Below, piece by piece: positions 9,611 to 18,854 of a stretch of DNA of 64,000 bases. The position numbers were made by a program, and so were the translations under genes. This DNA comes from Salinimicrobium sp. (GTDB taxonomy: Archaea > Thermoplasmatota > Poseidoniia > Poseidoniales > Poseidoniaceae). A model generated the notes under the pieces. It ran no database searches and was not told the origin of the DNA. It saw only the letters and a program-made list of their open reading frames with translations. The stretch covers positions 5,863 to 69,862 of the forward strand of contig CAXRAI010000064.1 of assembly GCA_964228865.1 (NCBI GenBank). The letters run 5' to 3'. Every line of letters starts with the position of its first letter. Positions within the stretch are counted from its first letter, which is position 1.

Positions 9611-10306
9611 ATGGCCGCAGCCCTCCACGCCACCGGAGTGTGGAAGGTCTACCCGAGCGGTGAAGGGCGTGTTGACGCCGTCCGCGGTGTTGACCTTGAG
9701 GTGCACGCCGGAGAGATGGTCGCCATCACCGGCCCCTCCGGCTGCGGGAAGACCTCCTTGCTCAACGTGCTCAGTGGTCTCGATGCCCCATCAGCAGGAA
9801 CGGTGCTGATTCAAGGGGATTCCCTCTTCGACCTTGACGACGACCGTCGCACGAGGTTACGGGGGGAACGTCTCGGGTTCGTGTTCCAAGCCTTCAACCT
9901 CCTTCCTGTTTTGACGGCCACAGAGAACGTGGAGATTCCTCTCCTTCTTTCCGGCCAGGCGGCGAATGACGTGCGAAAGACGGCCCTCGAGGCCTTGGCC
10001 TCGGTTGGGCTTGCAGACCGTGCAGATCACCTCCCGGCCATGCTGAGTGGCGGTCAGCAACAACGCGTCGCTGTGGCACGGGCGGTCGTCCATCGCCCGT
10101 CCATCGTGTTGTGCGACGAACCCACGGGGAACCTCGACTCGGTGACGAGCAACGAGGTGTTGGACCTCATGTCCGCCCTGTGCAGGGAGGAAGGCATGAC
10201 CTTCCTGATCGTGACCCACGATGACGCGGTCGCTGCTCGGTGCGACCGCATCTTGCGCATGCGTGACGGCCTTTTCTTTGATGACGGTGCCTCGGAGGAG
10301 GCGTGA
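9611..10306 (+). CDS. ABC transporter ATP-binding protein (LolD/MacB type)
   Basis: Walker A GPSGCGKT, signature LSGGQQQRVAVARA, DEPTGNLD, VTHD; start at 9611 or 9572. Confidence 0.95.
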   Translation: MAAALHATGVWKVYPSGEGRVDAVRGVDLEVHAGEMVAITGPSGCGKTSLLNVLSGLDAPSAGTVLIQGDSLFDLDDDRRTRLRGERLGFVFQAFNLLPVLTATENVEIPLLLSGQAANDVRKTALEALASVGLADRADHLPAMLSGGQQQRVAVARAVVHRPSIVLCDEPTGNLDSVTSNEVLDLMSALCREEGMTFLIVTHDDAVAARCDRILRMRDGLFFDDGASEEA

Positions 10307-13300
10307 TGCTCGCCATTGCCGTTGGCTTGGCGGTGTTGGCCGGTTTGATCTTCGGTGTGTCGGCTCTGCTCGGTCTGCGGGAGCGCACCTTTGCGTCCAG
10401 CCTTTTCGTCATCCTTGGCCCAGCCATTGATGCCGGACTCACGGCATGGTTGCTGGCTTGGCTGGGGCTTGGCCCCGTGCTGACGGTCCTTTCAGGCGCG
10501 ATCGTCGGGTTGGCATCATCCTTGCTTCTTCCCGCGGTGTTGTGGCCTCGGCGCGCGCTCGTGGCCCGCTTGGCGGTGCGGAGCTTGTCTGCACGGCCAA
10601 AGCAGGCTGCTCTGCTTTTGGTGGCGCTCATCGTCTCTTCCTCCATCGTCTCTTCCTCCCTTGTGGTGGGCGACAGCTTGGACGCCACGGTTCAGCGTCA
10701 GGTGGATGCGGTGTGGACGGAAACCGACGTCGTCCTCTCGGGTCGAGACCCGGGCACGGCCCAGCCTATCCTTCTCGACGCCGCTTTTCTCGACGATGTG
10801 GCCGTTCAAGCAATGGCCTTGACCGACGAGGATGGTGGGGCGATTTTTGATGGCATACGAGCGACCCGTGCCCTTTCCGCGGCCGTTGAAGGCCCGACCG
10901 GTCGTGCACTTCCTTCCGTGGGTTGGTACGCACAGCGACCGATTGGTGAGCACCCTGACCCGTGGCCTGTCCTTGAGGTCAGCAGCGGTTTGGACTACGC
11001 CACCCTCGGTCTCCTCTCCAACGCGACAGGTCGTCACGAAGCAGCCATCACCGATGCGTTGGCACAGGAACTTGAGGTCCAGGTAGGGGGTCAGTTGAAC
11101 CTCACCTGGACCGCGGTTGAGGACGGCCGAGTCGTCCGTCATCGTGGCGTTGTACACGTTCATGCCGTGGTTCCCACTGAAGCGGGTGCGGCGATTGGAG
11201 GCCTTGGCCAACCGGCGCTGATGACCTCCATGGGGAGTTTCGAGGCCCTTGCAGGCGAAGGAGCCTCCTCGCTTCACCTGTCGGCGCGCGAGCCCTATGC
11301 GGACCGGGCGGGATGGGAGTCTGTGGAGGAGGGCCTTGCGGACGTCATCGATCTCGCTTGGACAGCGAAAATGGATGGCCTCGTTTTTGAGCCTGCATCA
11401 GGGGCGCTTGCCGTCGCCCGGGAAACGGGTTTGGGACGGTTGGAAGGGCCGCTTGTCGATGCCTTCCGAGCCAACCTCAGCACACTCGCAAGCGGGACCA
11501 GCATGTCGGAAATCGTTCAGGCTCCCGTTGAGGTCCTCGAACTGAACGGCCATCGCTCGCTTGTCCTCGCCGATGCCGACCTTGTCGATCTTCAGTGGTC
11601 AGGTGGTGCGTTGTGGCACGTGGGGGTGGCCGGTGCTGGCTTCCAAGTCGGCGGCTCGGGTTCCCCCGCCACGTGGTACGTTCCAGAGGGGGAGTTGCTC
11701 GACGCACACGCCGTCGTTGACGGCATCGGGTGGTTTGGTCATCCCACGGGCCTTCACACCCTGTGGGCAGACCGCCCAGCGGAGGACGCGCGTCGCGTCG
11801 GTGATGCTGCCGTTCACGCGCTTTTTGCGGACTCCGCCGGTGCACTGGTCATCGAAGGGAACCTCTCCAACCTCCATGTGGCCCACTACGCCATCATTGG
11901 TGAAGGTCATGAGGTGAAGCAGGCGTTCCGCCACCAGGTTGGCCTCGAGGTCCCAGACCCCCTCCTCAACATGGAGATGGAACGTGAAAACAACGGGACC
12001 CTTCTGCTGCATGCTGAGGGATTGTTCGGTTGGGAGGCTCATCGCCTGTTGGTCGATGCCAACGGTGTGCAGGTCTGGGACCTCGGGAGTCTCGGTCCAC
12101 CTTCTTCAGAGGGGCCTGTCCATCAAAACGCATCTGAGGGGCCTGGTTGCGACGGGCGAACAGGTGTGATCGACGGTTTCAACGACACGCTCGCGTGGTG
12201 CGCTGGCAACGATCGCTTGATCGGTTGGAGCACGGCGTCAGGCGATGTCGTTGAGTTGCGCCTTCCAAAAGCAGCCGAGATTGACGGGCTTGGCCGCGTC
12301 CCCGTGTTGTTTCTCGCCATCTCCGGGGCAGACGGCCTTGAGGTGGGCGTCGATGAGGTCGTGCTTAGCGGCGCTTTCGACGTGTTGGACCTGACCGATT
12401 CCGACGAGGTTTGGGTGGCTGGCGCTGTGCCATGGGCTTGGGGTGACAGTCAACGCAGCCGCCTGAACGTCAGCACCTCCGCCGCAAGCGCCAACCTCAC
12501 CGGTGTGGAAGAATTGGAACACCTCATCCTCGGCGTGGTGCACCCTGAGGCAGCCGTGGCCCTTGCAGGGGCTTCTGAGGGTGACCGCAGCATGCTCGTT
12601 CTCCAACCGAACGGCCTCGGGTACGACGCGCTCCTCGACGCCGTGGAGGCTTGGTTCGACGAGACGGCGACCCTTGAGAGCAGCGGCCTGAGGTTGACCC
12701 CTGTCCGCGTGGAATCTGCCGAGCAAGCCGAGGCTTCCTCTGGCGTTCTCTCTGGGATGTTTTTGGTCTTCGGTGGCTTTACCATCGCCGCAGGCGTCTT
12801 GTTGGCGGTCACCGTCGTGGTGTTGCTGGCCGAAGCACGACGCAAGGAATTGGCCACGCTTCGCGCCGTGGGGTTGACACGAGCAGATGCCCGCAGTGCT
12901 GCCCTCATGGAGGGGCTGTTGACGGCCTCCTTCGCCAGCCTTCTGGGCGGCTTCTTTGGCGTCTTCCTTGGACGTGTTGTTGCGCTCGGTTTCACGTCTG
13001 CGTTCAGCGCCGTTGGGGCCACCACGTTCACCTTCGCATGGTCATGGTCGTCGGTGATCGCCGGTGCGGTATGGGGTACGGTCATCGCGATGACGACCTT
13101 GTGGGCTTCAGCTCAATGGTCCAGTCGTTTGGACGTGCTCCATGCCCTGAGGGGGGTTCGAACCCGGGTGCAGGACGCCCTGCCGTGGCCTGTGTTCATG
13201 GCGGTGGCAGCCGCCCTCGGCCTTTCGGCGGTCTCTGCGGTGTCCCTTGTGTTTGGTGGGCTGGACGCACCGTTTGCCCGCCTGCGCTGGTTGTTGGTCG

Positions 13301-14895
13301 TGGACGGGCTGATCGTCGCTTCTGCACTCGTGGTGCTTTGGGTGGTCCCAGCGCTGAGACACACAGACGGTCCCGAGCGTCAAGCCCGGCTTCGACGTGC
13401 TCCCTCACGCGCCATCGGAGCATCAGCGCTCGGGCTCCTCATGTGGTCGTGGTGGCCAGAATCCCTTGACCCAATTCGGTCAGCCACCGCCTTTGACGAG
13501 GTCACCATGCTCGTCCTTGGGTTGGTGCAAGTGCTTGCGGGCGTGGTGGTGCTGGTCACGGTCATCCCTCGTGCCCTCCGTGCCTTGGCTGCTCGAGGGC
13601 GCCGACCGCGGCTTGTCGGCAGGTTGGCCCTCGCCCACCCTGTGGCTCAACCCCTCCGCACGGCGGTGGTGATGTCCATGTTTGCCGTGACGGTGTTCGC
13701 CGTCGTGGTTCTCGGGGGATACACGAGTTCCTTCGCAGCGGTGTCTGGTGACTTCGTTCAGGAATCCGAGGGGGATTTTGAGATCCTCCTGTCCGGCAGC
13801 CGGTCGGCGCCGGTTGAAATCGGTTCAAACCCTGTCGATTGGGGGCTTCCGGGAGAACAGGTTGAGCGCATCGACGCCGTCGCTGCGGTTTCACGGGCCG
13901 TGGTGGTGCTTGATGACGGCAGCAATGACCCTGTGCCCTACGTCCTTCGGGGAGCCGATGAGGCCTTTGCAGAGCATGGAGGATTGCCGCTGTACCTTTG
14001 GGACGAGTCCCTCGGCTCCACCGAATCAGAAGTGTGGGAGCGGGTGTTGAGCGACGACACATGGGTGATCGTCGATGCTTCGTTTGGCTTGGAAGCGACC
14101 ACCGACGGTGCGGCCGTGGGGGTCCTTCCGTTGAAACTTGGTCAAGATTTCGACTTGATCGCTCCGTCCGACCCTGGCACCGCGAAGTCGGTTCGGGTGG
14201 CTGGATTCTTGGCCCAGTCCTCGTTGGCCTTTTCTCCGGGCGTGTGGGCGAACCAAACCCTGGTTGAGGAACGCTACGACGGCGCCGTCACTCGCGTCTA
14301 TGTTTCGGTCGTCCCCTCGCCCACCGTCTTTGATGACGATCCCACGGACGTTGAGGTGCCCCCTGGCAAAGACGAGGACGAACGACGGGCCGCTGCGGGC
14401 GTTGCCAAGGCCTTGGACGAGGCGCTTGCGGACGACGGGGTGCTGGTCACGTTGATCGTCGATGACATCCTGCTCGTGCAAGGTTTGGTCTTGGCCATTC
14501 TGGCCATTTTCCAAGCCTACCTTGCCCTTGGGCTCGGCGTTGGCTTGTTGGGGATTGGTGTGGTCACCGCGCGTGCGGTTCGCGACCGGACCCACGTCAT
14601 AGGACTCTTGCGGGCCATCGGTGTCTCACGGCGACGTATTGGACAAAGCTTGGCCGGCGAAGTAGCTTGGACTGGAGGCCTCGGCCTCTTGGTGGGGGTT
14701 GCGGTGGGCATGATGTTCCACGTGCGCTTGCATGGCGCCATCTGGGCGGAACAAGGAGCGGAATTGGTGCTTCCTTGGGGCAGCGCAACCTCGGTGTTAT
14801 TCGGTGGAATGTTGCTGGTAAGCATCGCTGTGGCGTGGCCCATCCGAAACGCGACGAACATCGCTCCAGCCGAAGCCCTTCGCTCCCTCGAGTGA
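10303..14895 (+). CDS. FtsX/MacB/LolE-type ABC permease with two FtsX domains and a very large extracytoplasmic insert
   Basis: Overlaps the ATPase stop (GTGA); RRKELATLRAVG and RTHVIGLLRAIG FtsX motifs, each followed by TM bundles; ends IAPAEALRSLE. Confidence 0.9.
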   Translation: MMLAIAVGLAVLAGLIFGVSALLGLRERTFASSLFVILGPAIDAGLTAWLLAWLGLGPVLTVLSGAIVGLASSLLLPAVLWPRRALVARLAVRSLSARPKQAALLLVALIVSSSIVSSSLVVGDSLDATVQRQVDAVWTETDVVLSGRDPGTAQPILLDAAFLDDVAVQAMALTDEDGGAIFDGIRATRALSAAVEGPTGRALPSVGWYAQRPIGEHPDPWPVLEVSSGLDYATLGLLSNATGRHEAAITDALAQELEVQVGGQLNLTWTAVEDGRVVRHRGVVHVHAVVPTEAGAAIGGLGQPALMTSMGSFEALAGEGASSLHLSAREPYADRAGWESVEEGLADVIDLAWTAKMDGLVFEPASGALAVARETGLGRLEGPLVDAFRANLSTLASGTSMSEIVQAPVEVLELNGHRSLVLADADLVDLQWSGGALWHVGVAGAGFQVGGSGSPATWYVPEGELLDAHAVVDGIGWFGHPTGLHTLWADRPAEDARRVGDAAVHALFADSAGALVIEGNLSNLHVAHYAIIGEGHEVKQAFRHQVGLEVPDPLLNMEMERENNGTLLLHAEGLFGWEAHRLLVDANGVQVWDLGSLGPPSSEGPVHQNASEGPGCDGRTGVIDGFNDTLAWCAGNDRLIGWSTASGDVVELRLPKAAEIDGLGRVPVLFLAISGADGLEVGVDEVVLSGAFDVLDLTDSDEVWVAGAVPWAWGDSQRSRLNVSTSAASANLTGVEELEHLILGVVHPEAAVALAGASEGDRSMLVLQPNGLGYDALLDAVEAWFDETATLESSGLRLTPVRVESAEQAEASSGVLSGMFLVFGGFTIAAGVLLAVTVVVLLAEARRKELATLRAVGLTRADARSAALMEGLLTASFASLLGGFFGVFLGRVVALGFTSAFSAVGATTFTFAWSWSSVIAGAVWGTVIAMTTLWASAQWSSRLDVLHALRGVRTRVQDALPWPVFMAVAAALGLSAVSAVSLVFGGLDAPFARLRWLLVVDGLIVASALVVLWVVPALRHTDGPERQARLRRAPSRAIGASALGLLMWSWWPESLDPIRSATAFDEVTMLVLGLVQVLAGVVVLVTVIPRALRALAARGRRPRLVGRLALAHPVAQPLRTAVVMSMFAVTVFAVVVLGGYTSSFAAVSGDFVQESEGDFEILLSGSRSAPVEIGSNPVDWGLPGEQVERIDAVAAVSRAVVVLDDGSNDPVPYVLRGADEAFAEHGGLPLYLWDESLGSTESEVWERVLSDDTWVIVDASFGLEATTDGAAVGVLPLKLGQDFDLIAPSDPGTAKSVRVAGFLAQSSLAFSPGVWANQTLVEERYDGAVTRVYVSVVPSPTVFDDDPTDVEVPPGKDEDERRAAAGVAKALDEALADDGVLVTLIVDDILLVQGLVLAILAIFQAYLALGLGVGLLGIGVVTARAVRDRTHVIGLLRAIGVSRRRIGQSLAGEVAWTGGLGLLVGVAVGMMFHVRLHGAIWAEQGAELVLPWGSATSVLFGGMLLVSIAVAWPIRNATNIAPAEALRSLE

Positions 14896-14949
14896 TTTGA
14901 ATTTCGTACGCAGTCGCTTGATTTTGCGAAAATTTGCCCCGTCCCATAG

Positions 14950-14998
14950 TATAAATACGGCGCAAGGCGTGGAGGCCTTTAGCCACATTGTGGAGGGA
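14950..14998 (+). promoter_or_regulatory. TATA box (TATAAATA, 14950-14957) and SD motif (GGAGGGA, 14992-14998) of the 15004 gene
   Basis: Near-consensus archaeal TATA in an A/T-rich gap; SD lies 5 nt before the ATG; ATTTT-GCG-AAAAT dyad at 14921-14933. Confidence 0.65.
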
Positions 14999-15003
14999 CC
15001 CAA

Positions 15004-18000
15004 ATGCGAAACATGACCACCATGCTTCTCGTGACGCTGCTGCTTGCCAGCCTGCTCGCGGGAATTCCAACCAACGAACTTGACACCGAGGACACCATCG
15101 AACACACCAGCGCACGATCTGGTGCTGACATCGACATCCTCGGCATCACCCAACCGTCCGAAACGAGCTGTACCGCGGCAGGCTGCCGCGACGAATTGCT
15201 CGTCGGTGAGAGCACCACCTTTGAGGTGGTCATGAAGAACATCGGCACCGGAGACGTGGAGGACATGACCTATTCCTTGGACATCTACCTCACCGATTCC
15301 ACCAAGACCCGCGGCCTTTTGGCCAAGGATTCCACGGGCCAGGACCTCTCTTGGACCAACGAAGTGGCGGTTTGTGACGACGCTGCCTCCTGTGACGAGA
15401 CCTCGTTCGCGGCCAACACCCTCTACAAGGGCGGTGCTGCCACCCTCACCCAACTTGGTGCAGACATCACGTGGACCCCAGACGTTGGTGAGTACCTTGT
15501 TGTCGTGTCCGTTGACTCCGACCAGGACACCGATCCAGCCAACGACGAGGAAGAAATCTACGTCGTTGTCCGCGACTACACCGACATTGGTGTTGACCTC
15601 TGCTGGACCGACGGCGCCGGTGTGTGCGTCGAAGGCGACCGTGCTGTCGGAACCGGCACCGAGTCCCGGCAATTCCTCCTGACCGTGACCGCTGACGGCA
15701 GCCAAGAATTCAACCCCCGCGAGGTCAACGTGAGCGTTGAACTCGACGGTTTCGCTTCCGCCAGCGGCGGTGGCTTTGACCTCAGCGTTGATGGAGAGGA
15801 CTGGCTTGTTGTGGCCGGCAACCCACAAACGGTTGAGGTCTACCGCAACGTCACCACGGACACCGGCACCGATGCTTCGCGTGCTGTGCTGGCCTACCAG
15901 ACGGCGTGGACCATGAGCGGCCAAGTTACCCCTGACGACGGCGGCTACTCCATCGATGCTCGTGTCATTGACTACACCCTCTACGGTCAAGACCCGACCT
16001 GCACCGAGACTTGGGTCGAAGGTGGCGAAGACCCCGAAACTCAGACCGAATTCTCCAGCGACAACCAGTGTGAGTTCCAGGAGACCAACGACGACTATTC
16101 CCGCACCGACTCGGACGACATCTACGGATTCAGCGCCCTCTTCCACGACATTCGCATCCAGACGCTCTCCGTCGCTCAAGGCTACAGCGCAGACGGCTCT
16201 GGAGAGCCAACCTCTGTGGTGCAAGACGGCATGGATCTCGACCTGCGCGTGGGCCCCACCCTTCTCCACGCCAACGTGGGTCACTTCGGCTCTGACGTCA
16301 ACAAGATGGTGGACTGGAACGTTGTGTTTACCGTGACGGATCCCAACGGTGTCGAGACCACCTACAATGCGGACGACTGCCCCACTGGGCTTGCTCCCGC
16401 TTACACCCACAAGCTCCTCGGTACCTTTGGTGGTCAAGGCACGCCTCAAGACGCAGACGTGTTCGGTTCCGCTTGTGTGATGCTGAACAACGAAGCAGTG
16501 CTCGGCGTTGGCGAGTACACCTTCGAAGCCAACCTCAACTTCCTCGGCCTCTGGGACAACTCGGCTGACCGTCTTGACGAATCGGTCACGGACGAGAAGG
16601 CTTCGAACAACCGCAAGGTGATGACCCTCGATGTGGTGAACAACCAGCCCAGCGTGCTTTCGATGACGATGTTCAACACCGGTGACCTCATTGTCTCGCA
16701 AGAATCCCCGCTTGAGTTCGACGTCCTCGCCTTTGACGTGGATTGTGTGGCCGGGGACTGCCTGACCTACACCTGGGCCATCAACGACGAGACCCTCGGC
16801 ATGTGCGGTGGCGTGGGCGCGATCGGTGCACAGTGCACCTTCCAAATCCTGCCCGAGCACCTGCCCAGCCCCCGTGTGGCCGTGACCGTCACCGACGACA
16901 ACGGCGCATCCACCTCGGATTACATGGATCTGACCATCTGGAACGACGTGACGGCAGAATCCACTGCGGCTGACAGCGGCATCACCATCGCCTACACCGT
17001 GCAGTATGCGAGCACTTCGCCCTACACCATCACCGCGACCGACTCCGACATCAGCAGCCACGCCGGCATGGACCTGCCTGGATACACCGGTCAGTATGAC
17101 GCCGTTGCTGCGGTTGATTTCGCACCCGGTGTTCTTGGGTCCATCGATGCCAGCGGTGTGCTGAGCCACGGCATGACCTTCACCGTCCCCAAGTCCCTGT
17201 TGGGTTCGGCGAACGAAGGCAGCATGTGGTTCAACCAAGGCAGCATGTACCAACTTGTCGACGGCACACCTGCCGACAGCGACAGCGACCCGACCATGTC
17301 TGTGTTCACGTGGGACTTGCCCGCAACTGAGAACACCTTGACGGCGGGGACCTTCGTCCTCTTTGGCGGTTCCCTCGAAGAACCCGTGGCTCCGAACGCT
17401 GGAATCACCGGCTTCTCTGCGCTCGCCGGTGAAGGTGGCACGCTGGTCATGAACTGGGACGTCACCGACACCATGTCGCTCGGCGAGGTCTTCATCATGG
17501 AAATCTGTGACCACGCGAACGACGCCGACTGCATGAACGCGGTGGTGAAGACCTTCGCTGACAGCGTGAAGACCTACACCCACCCCGGAATCTCCACCGT
17601 TCACGGCACGGAGTACATCGTGACCGTTGAAGTGTGCAGCGATGACGGGTTGTGCAACACGCAGATCGGCACCGGAAACGTCACGGCCGACAAGGAAGTT
17701 GACGGCGACGGCGCCATGACCAACCTCATCGCTCAAGCCAGCGAGGACGGTACCATGTGGACCATGACCTGGACCACCACGGGCGACACGTCGGACATCG
17801 ACAGCTGGCGCATCTGCTACAGCACCAACAGCGACGTTGCTTCGATTCCAATCTCCGGCGAAAAGTGCACGGACGTTGCGGCCGCAACGGCCACGACGGT
17901 CGATGTGATGCAGCCGACCTTCACCGGCACCGAGACATACTATTTCGTGGGTGTCGCTGTGGACGACCTTGGCAACGACCGACGTGCTTCTGACGCGGCC

Positions 18001-18207
18001 ACCGAGGTGTTCTACAAGCGCGACGCTGACTTCACCAACAACGATGACGGCAACGGCACCGTTGGTGAAGACGTCAGTGGCGAGAGCGAACTGCCCAGTT
18101 GGACCCTGCCCGCGATTGGCGGTGTTGTGGTCGCAGCCATCGTCGTTGGCGCCATCATCGTCACCCGAGGTGGCGGCGGCGGCGGCGACAAGGATTGGGA
18201 TTACTGA
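15004..18207 (+). CDS. Acidic cell-surface protein with CARDB/Ig/Fn3-like domains and C-terminal anchor
   Basis: N-terminal signal peptide; CARDB-like segments (FEVVMKNIGTG, DTDPANDEEE); paired Cys; LPSW-TM-RGGGGGGDKDWDY terminus; strongly C-ending codons. Confidence 0.85.
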   Translation: MRNMTTMLLVTLLLASLLAGIPTNELDTEDTIEHTSARSGADIDILGITQPSETSCTAAGCRDELLVGESTTFEVVMKNIGTGDVEDMTYSLDIYLTDSTKTRGLLAKDSTGQDLSWTNEVAVCDDAASCDETSFAANTLYKGGAATLTQLGADITWTPDVGEYLVVVSVDSDQDTDPANDEEEIYVVVRDYTDIGVDLCWTDGAGVCVEGDRAVGTGTESRQFLLTVTADGSQEFNPREVNVSVELDGFASASGGGFDLSVDGEDWLVVAGNPQTVEVYRNVTTDTGTDASRAVLAYQTAWTMSGQVTPDDGGYSIDARVIDYTLYGQDPTCTETWVEGGEDPETQTEFSSDNQCEFQETNDDYSRTDSDDIYGFSALFHDIRIQTLSVAQGYSADGSGEPTSVVQDGMDLDLRVGPTLLHANVGHFGSDVNKMVDWNVVFTVTDPNGVETTYNADDCPTGLAPAYTHKLLGTFGGQGTPQDADVFGSACVMLNNEAVLGVGEYTFEANLNFLGLWDNSADRLDESVTDEKASNNRKVMTLDVVNNQPSVLSMTMFNTGDLIVSQESPLEFDVLAFDVDCVAGDCLTYTWAINDETLGMCGGVGAIGAQCTFQILPEHLPSPRVAVTVTDDNGASTSDYMDLTIWNDVTAESTAADSGITIAYTVQYASTSPYTITATDSDISSHAGMDLPGYTGQYDAVAAVDFAPGVLGSIDASGVLSHGMTFTVPKSLLGSANEGSMWFNQGSMYQLVDGTPADSDSDPTMSVFTWDLPATENTLTAGTFVLFGGSLEEPVAPNAGITGFSALAGEGGTLVMNWDVTDTMSLGEVFIMEICDHANDADCMNAVVKTFADSVKTYTHPGISTVHGTEYIVTVEVCSDDGLCNTQIGTGNVTADKEVDGDGAMTNLIAQASEDGTMWTMTWTTTGDTSDIDSWRICYSTNSDVASIPISGEKCTDVAAATATTVDVMQPTFTGTETYYFVGVAVDDLGNDRRASDAATEVFYKRDADFTNNDDGNGTVGEDVSGESELPSWTLPAIGGVVVAAIVVGAIIVTRGGGGGGDKDWDY

Positions 18208-18213
18208 TCCCTC

Positions 18214-18308
18214 CTGCTGATCACCAGCAGCACGAACCAGGCCGAAGGCCTGAGCCAGTGCGTTGGCATCCGGCGTGCGTCAGCACGCCGGGTGCCTTCT
18301 CTTGGCTC
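18214..18308 (+). terminator. Tandem GC-rich hairpins after the 15004 gene (terminator or 3' stabiliser)
   Basis: CTGCTG/CAGCAG, CAGGCC/GGCCTG and a 14-bp stem at 18265-18296 (one G-U pair) followed by TTCTCTT. Confidence 0.55.
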
Positions 18309-18803
18309 TCAATCGACATCCATGCCGTCAAAGGCAAGGATGCACCCCTCTACGCTTGACCACCGGTTTCATCCCTCACTGGATGGGTGGTGGGACGGTT
18401 CAAGCGTCTTTGCCAGTACCGATGTCCACAGGTCCCAGGAGGATATCCCTTGCAGCCACTTCGCCTGGATGACACGAGCACAAAGCTGTCTTTCACGCTC
18501 AACCTGTCATCACCACGAACGCGCACATCAAGCGATGGAGCGTAGGCGTGAGACGATCAGCGCTCCTCTGGTACTAACCAGTTTCACCGATGTAATATTT
18601 CCAAAGCTCTTTCTCGAGGAATTTCAGATTTCCTGCGGGTGCAGAACAGGACACGATGGCTCAATTCACCCATGCTTAGGCGGACTGGGACGGGTGCTGA
18701 TTCGACAAATGGAACGTACCAATCACGGGCAAACAAGTCCGCAGGCTAGCGGTTCTGTTGGGTAACCCAATTTGGGAGTTCAAAGCACATGTACCCCAAT
18801 GCC

Positions 18804-18854
18804 TATAACCGATACAGAACCTCCTATGCAATGCATACAGTCCGTATGGGGTGA
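18804..18854 (+). promoter_or_regulatory. Probable TATA box (TATAAC) and SD motif (GGGGTGA) of the giant gene
   Basis: TATAAC at 18804-18809; GGGGTGA at 18848-18854 is spaced better for ATG 18861 than for ATG 18855. Confidence 0.5.

Noticed and set aside
15004-15070. Lipoprotein signal in the 1,067-aa protein
   Set aside because: LLAG is followed by Ile, not the required Cys.
18292-18765. 157-aa ORF in the long intergenic region
   Set aside because: Atypical composition and codon usage, overlaps the hairpin element, and has no motif or RBS.
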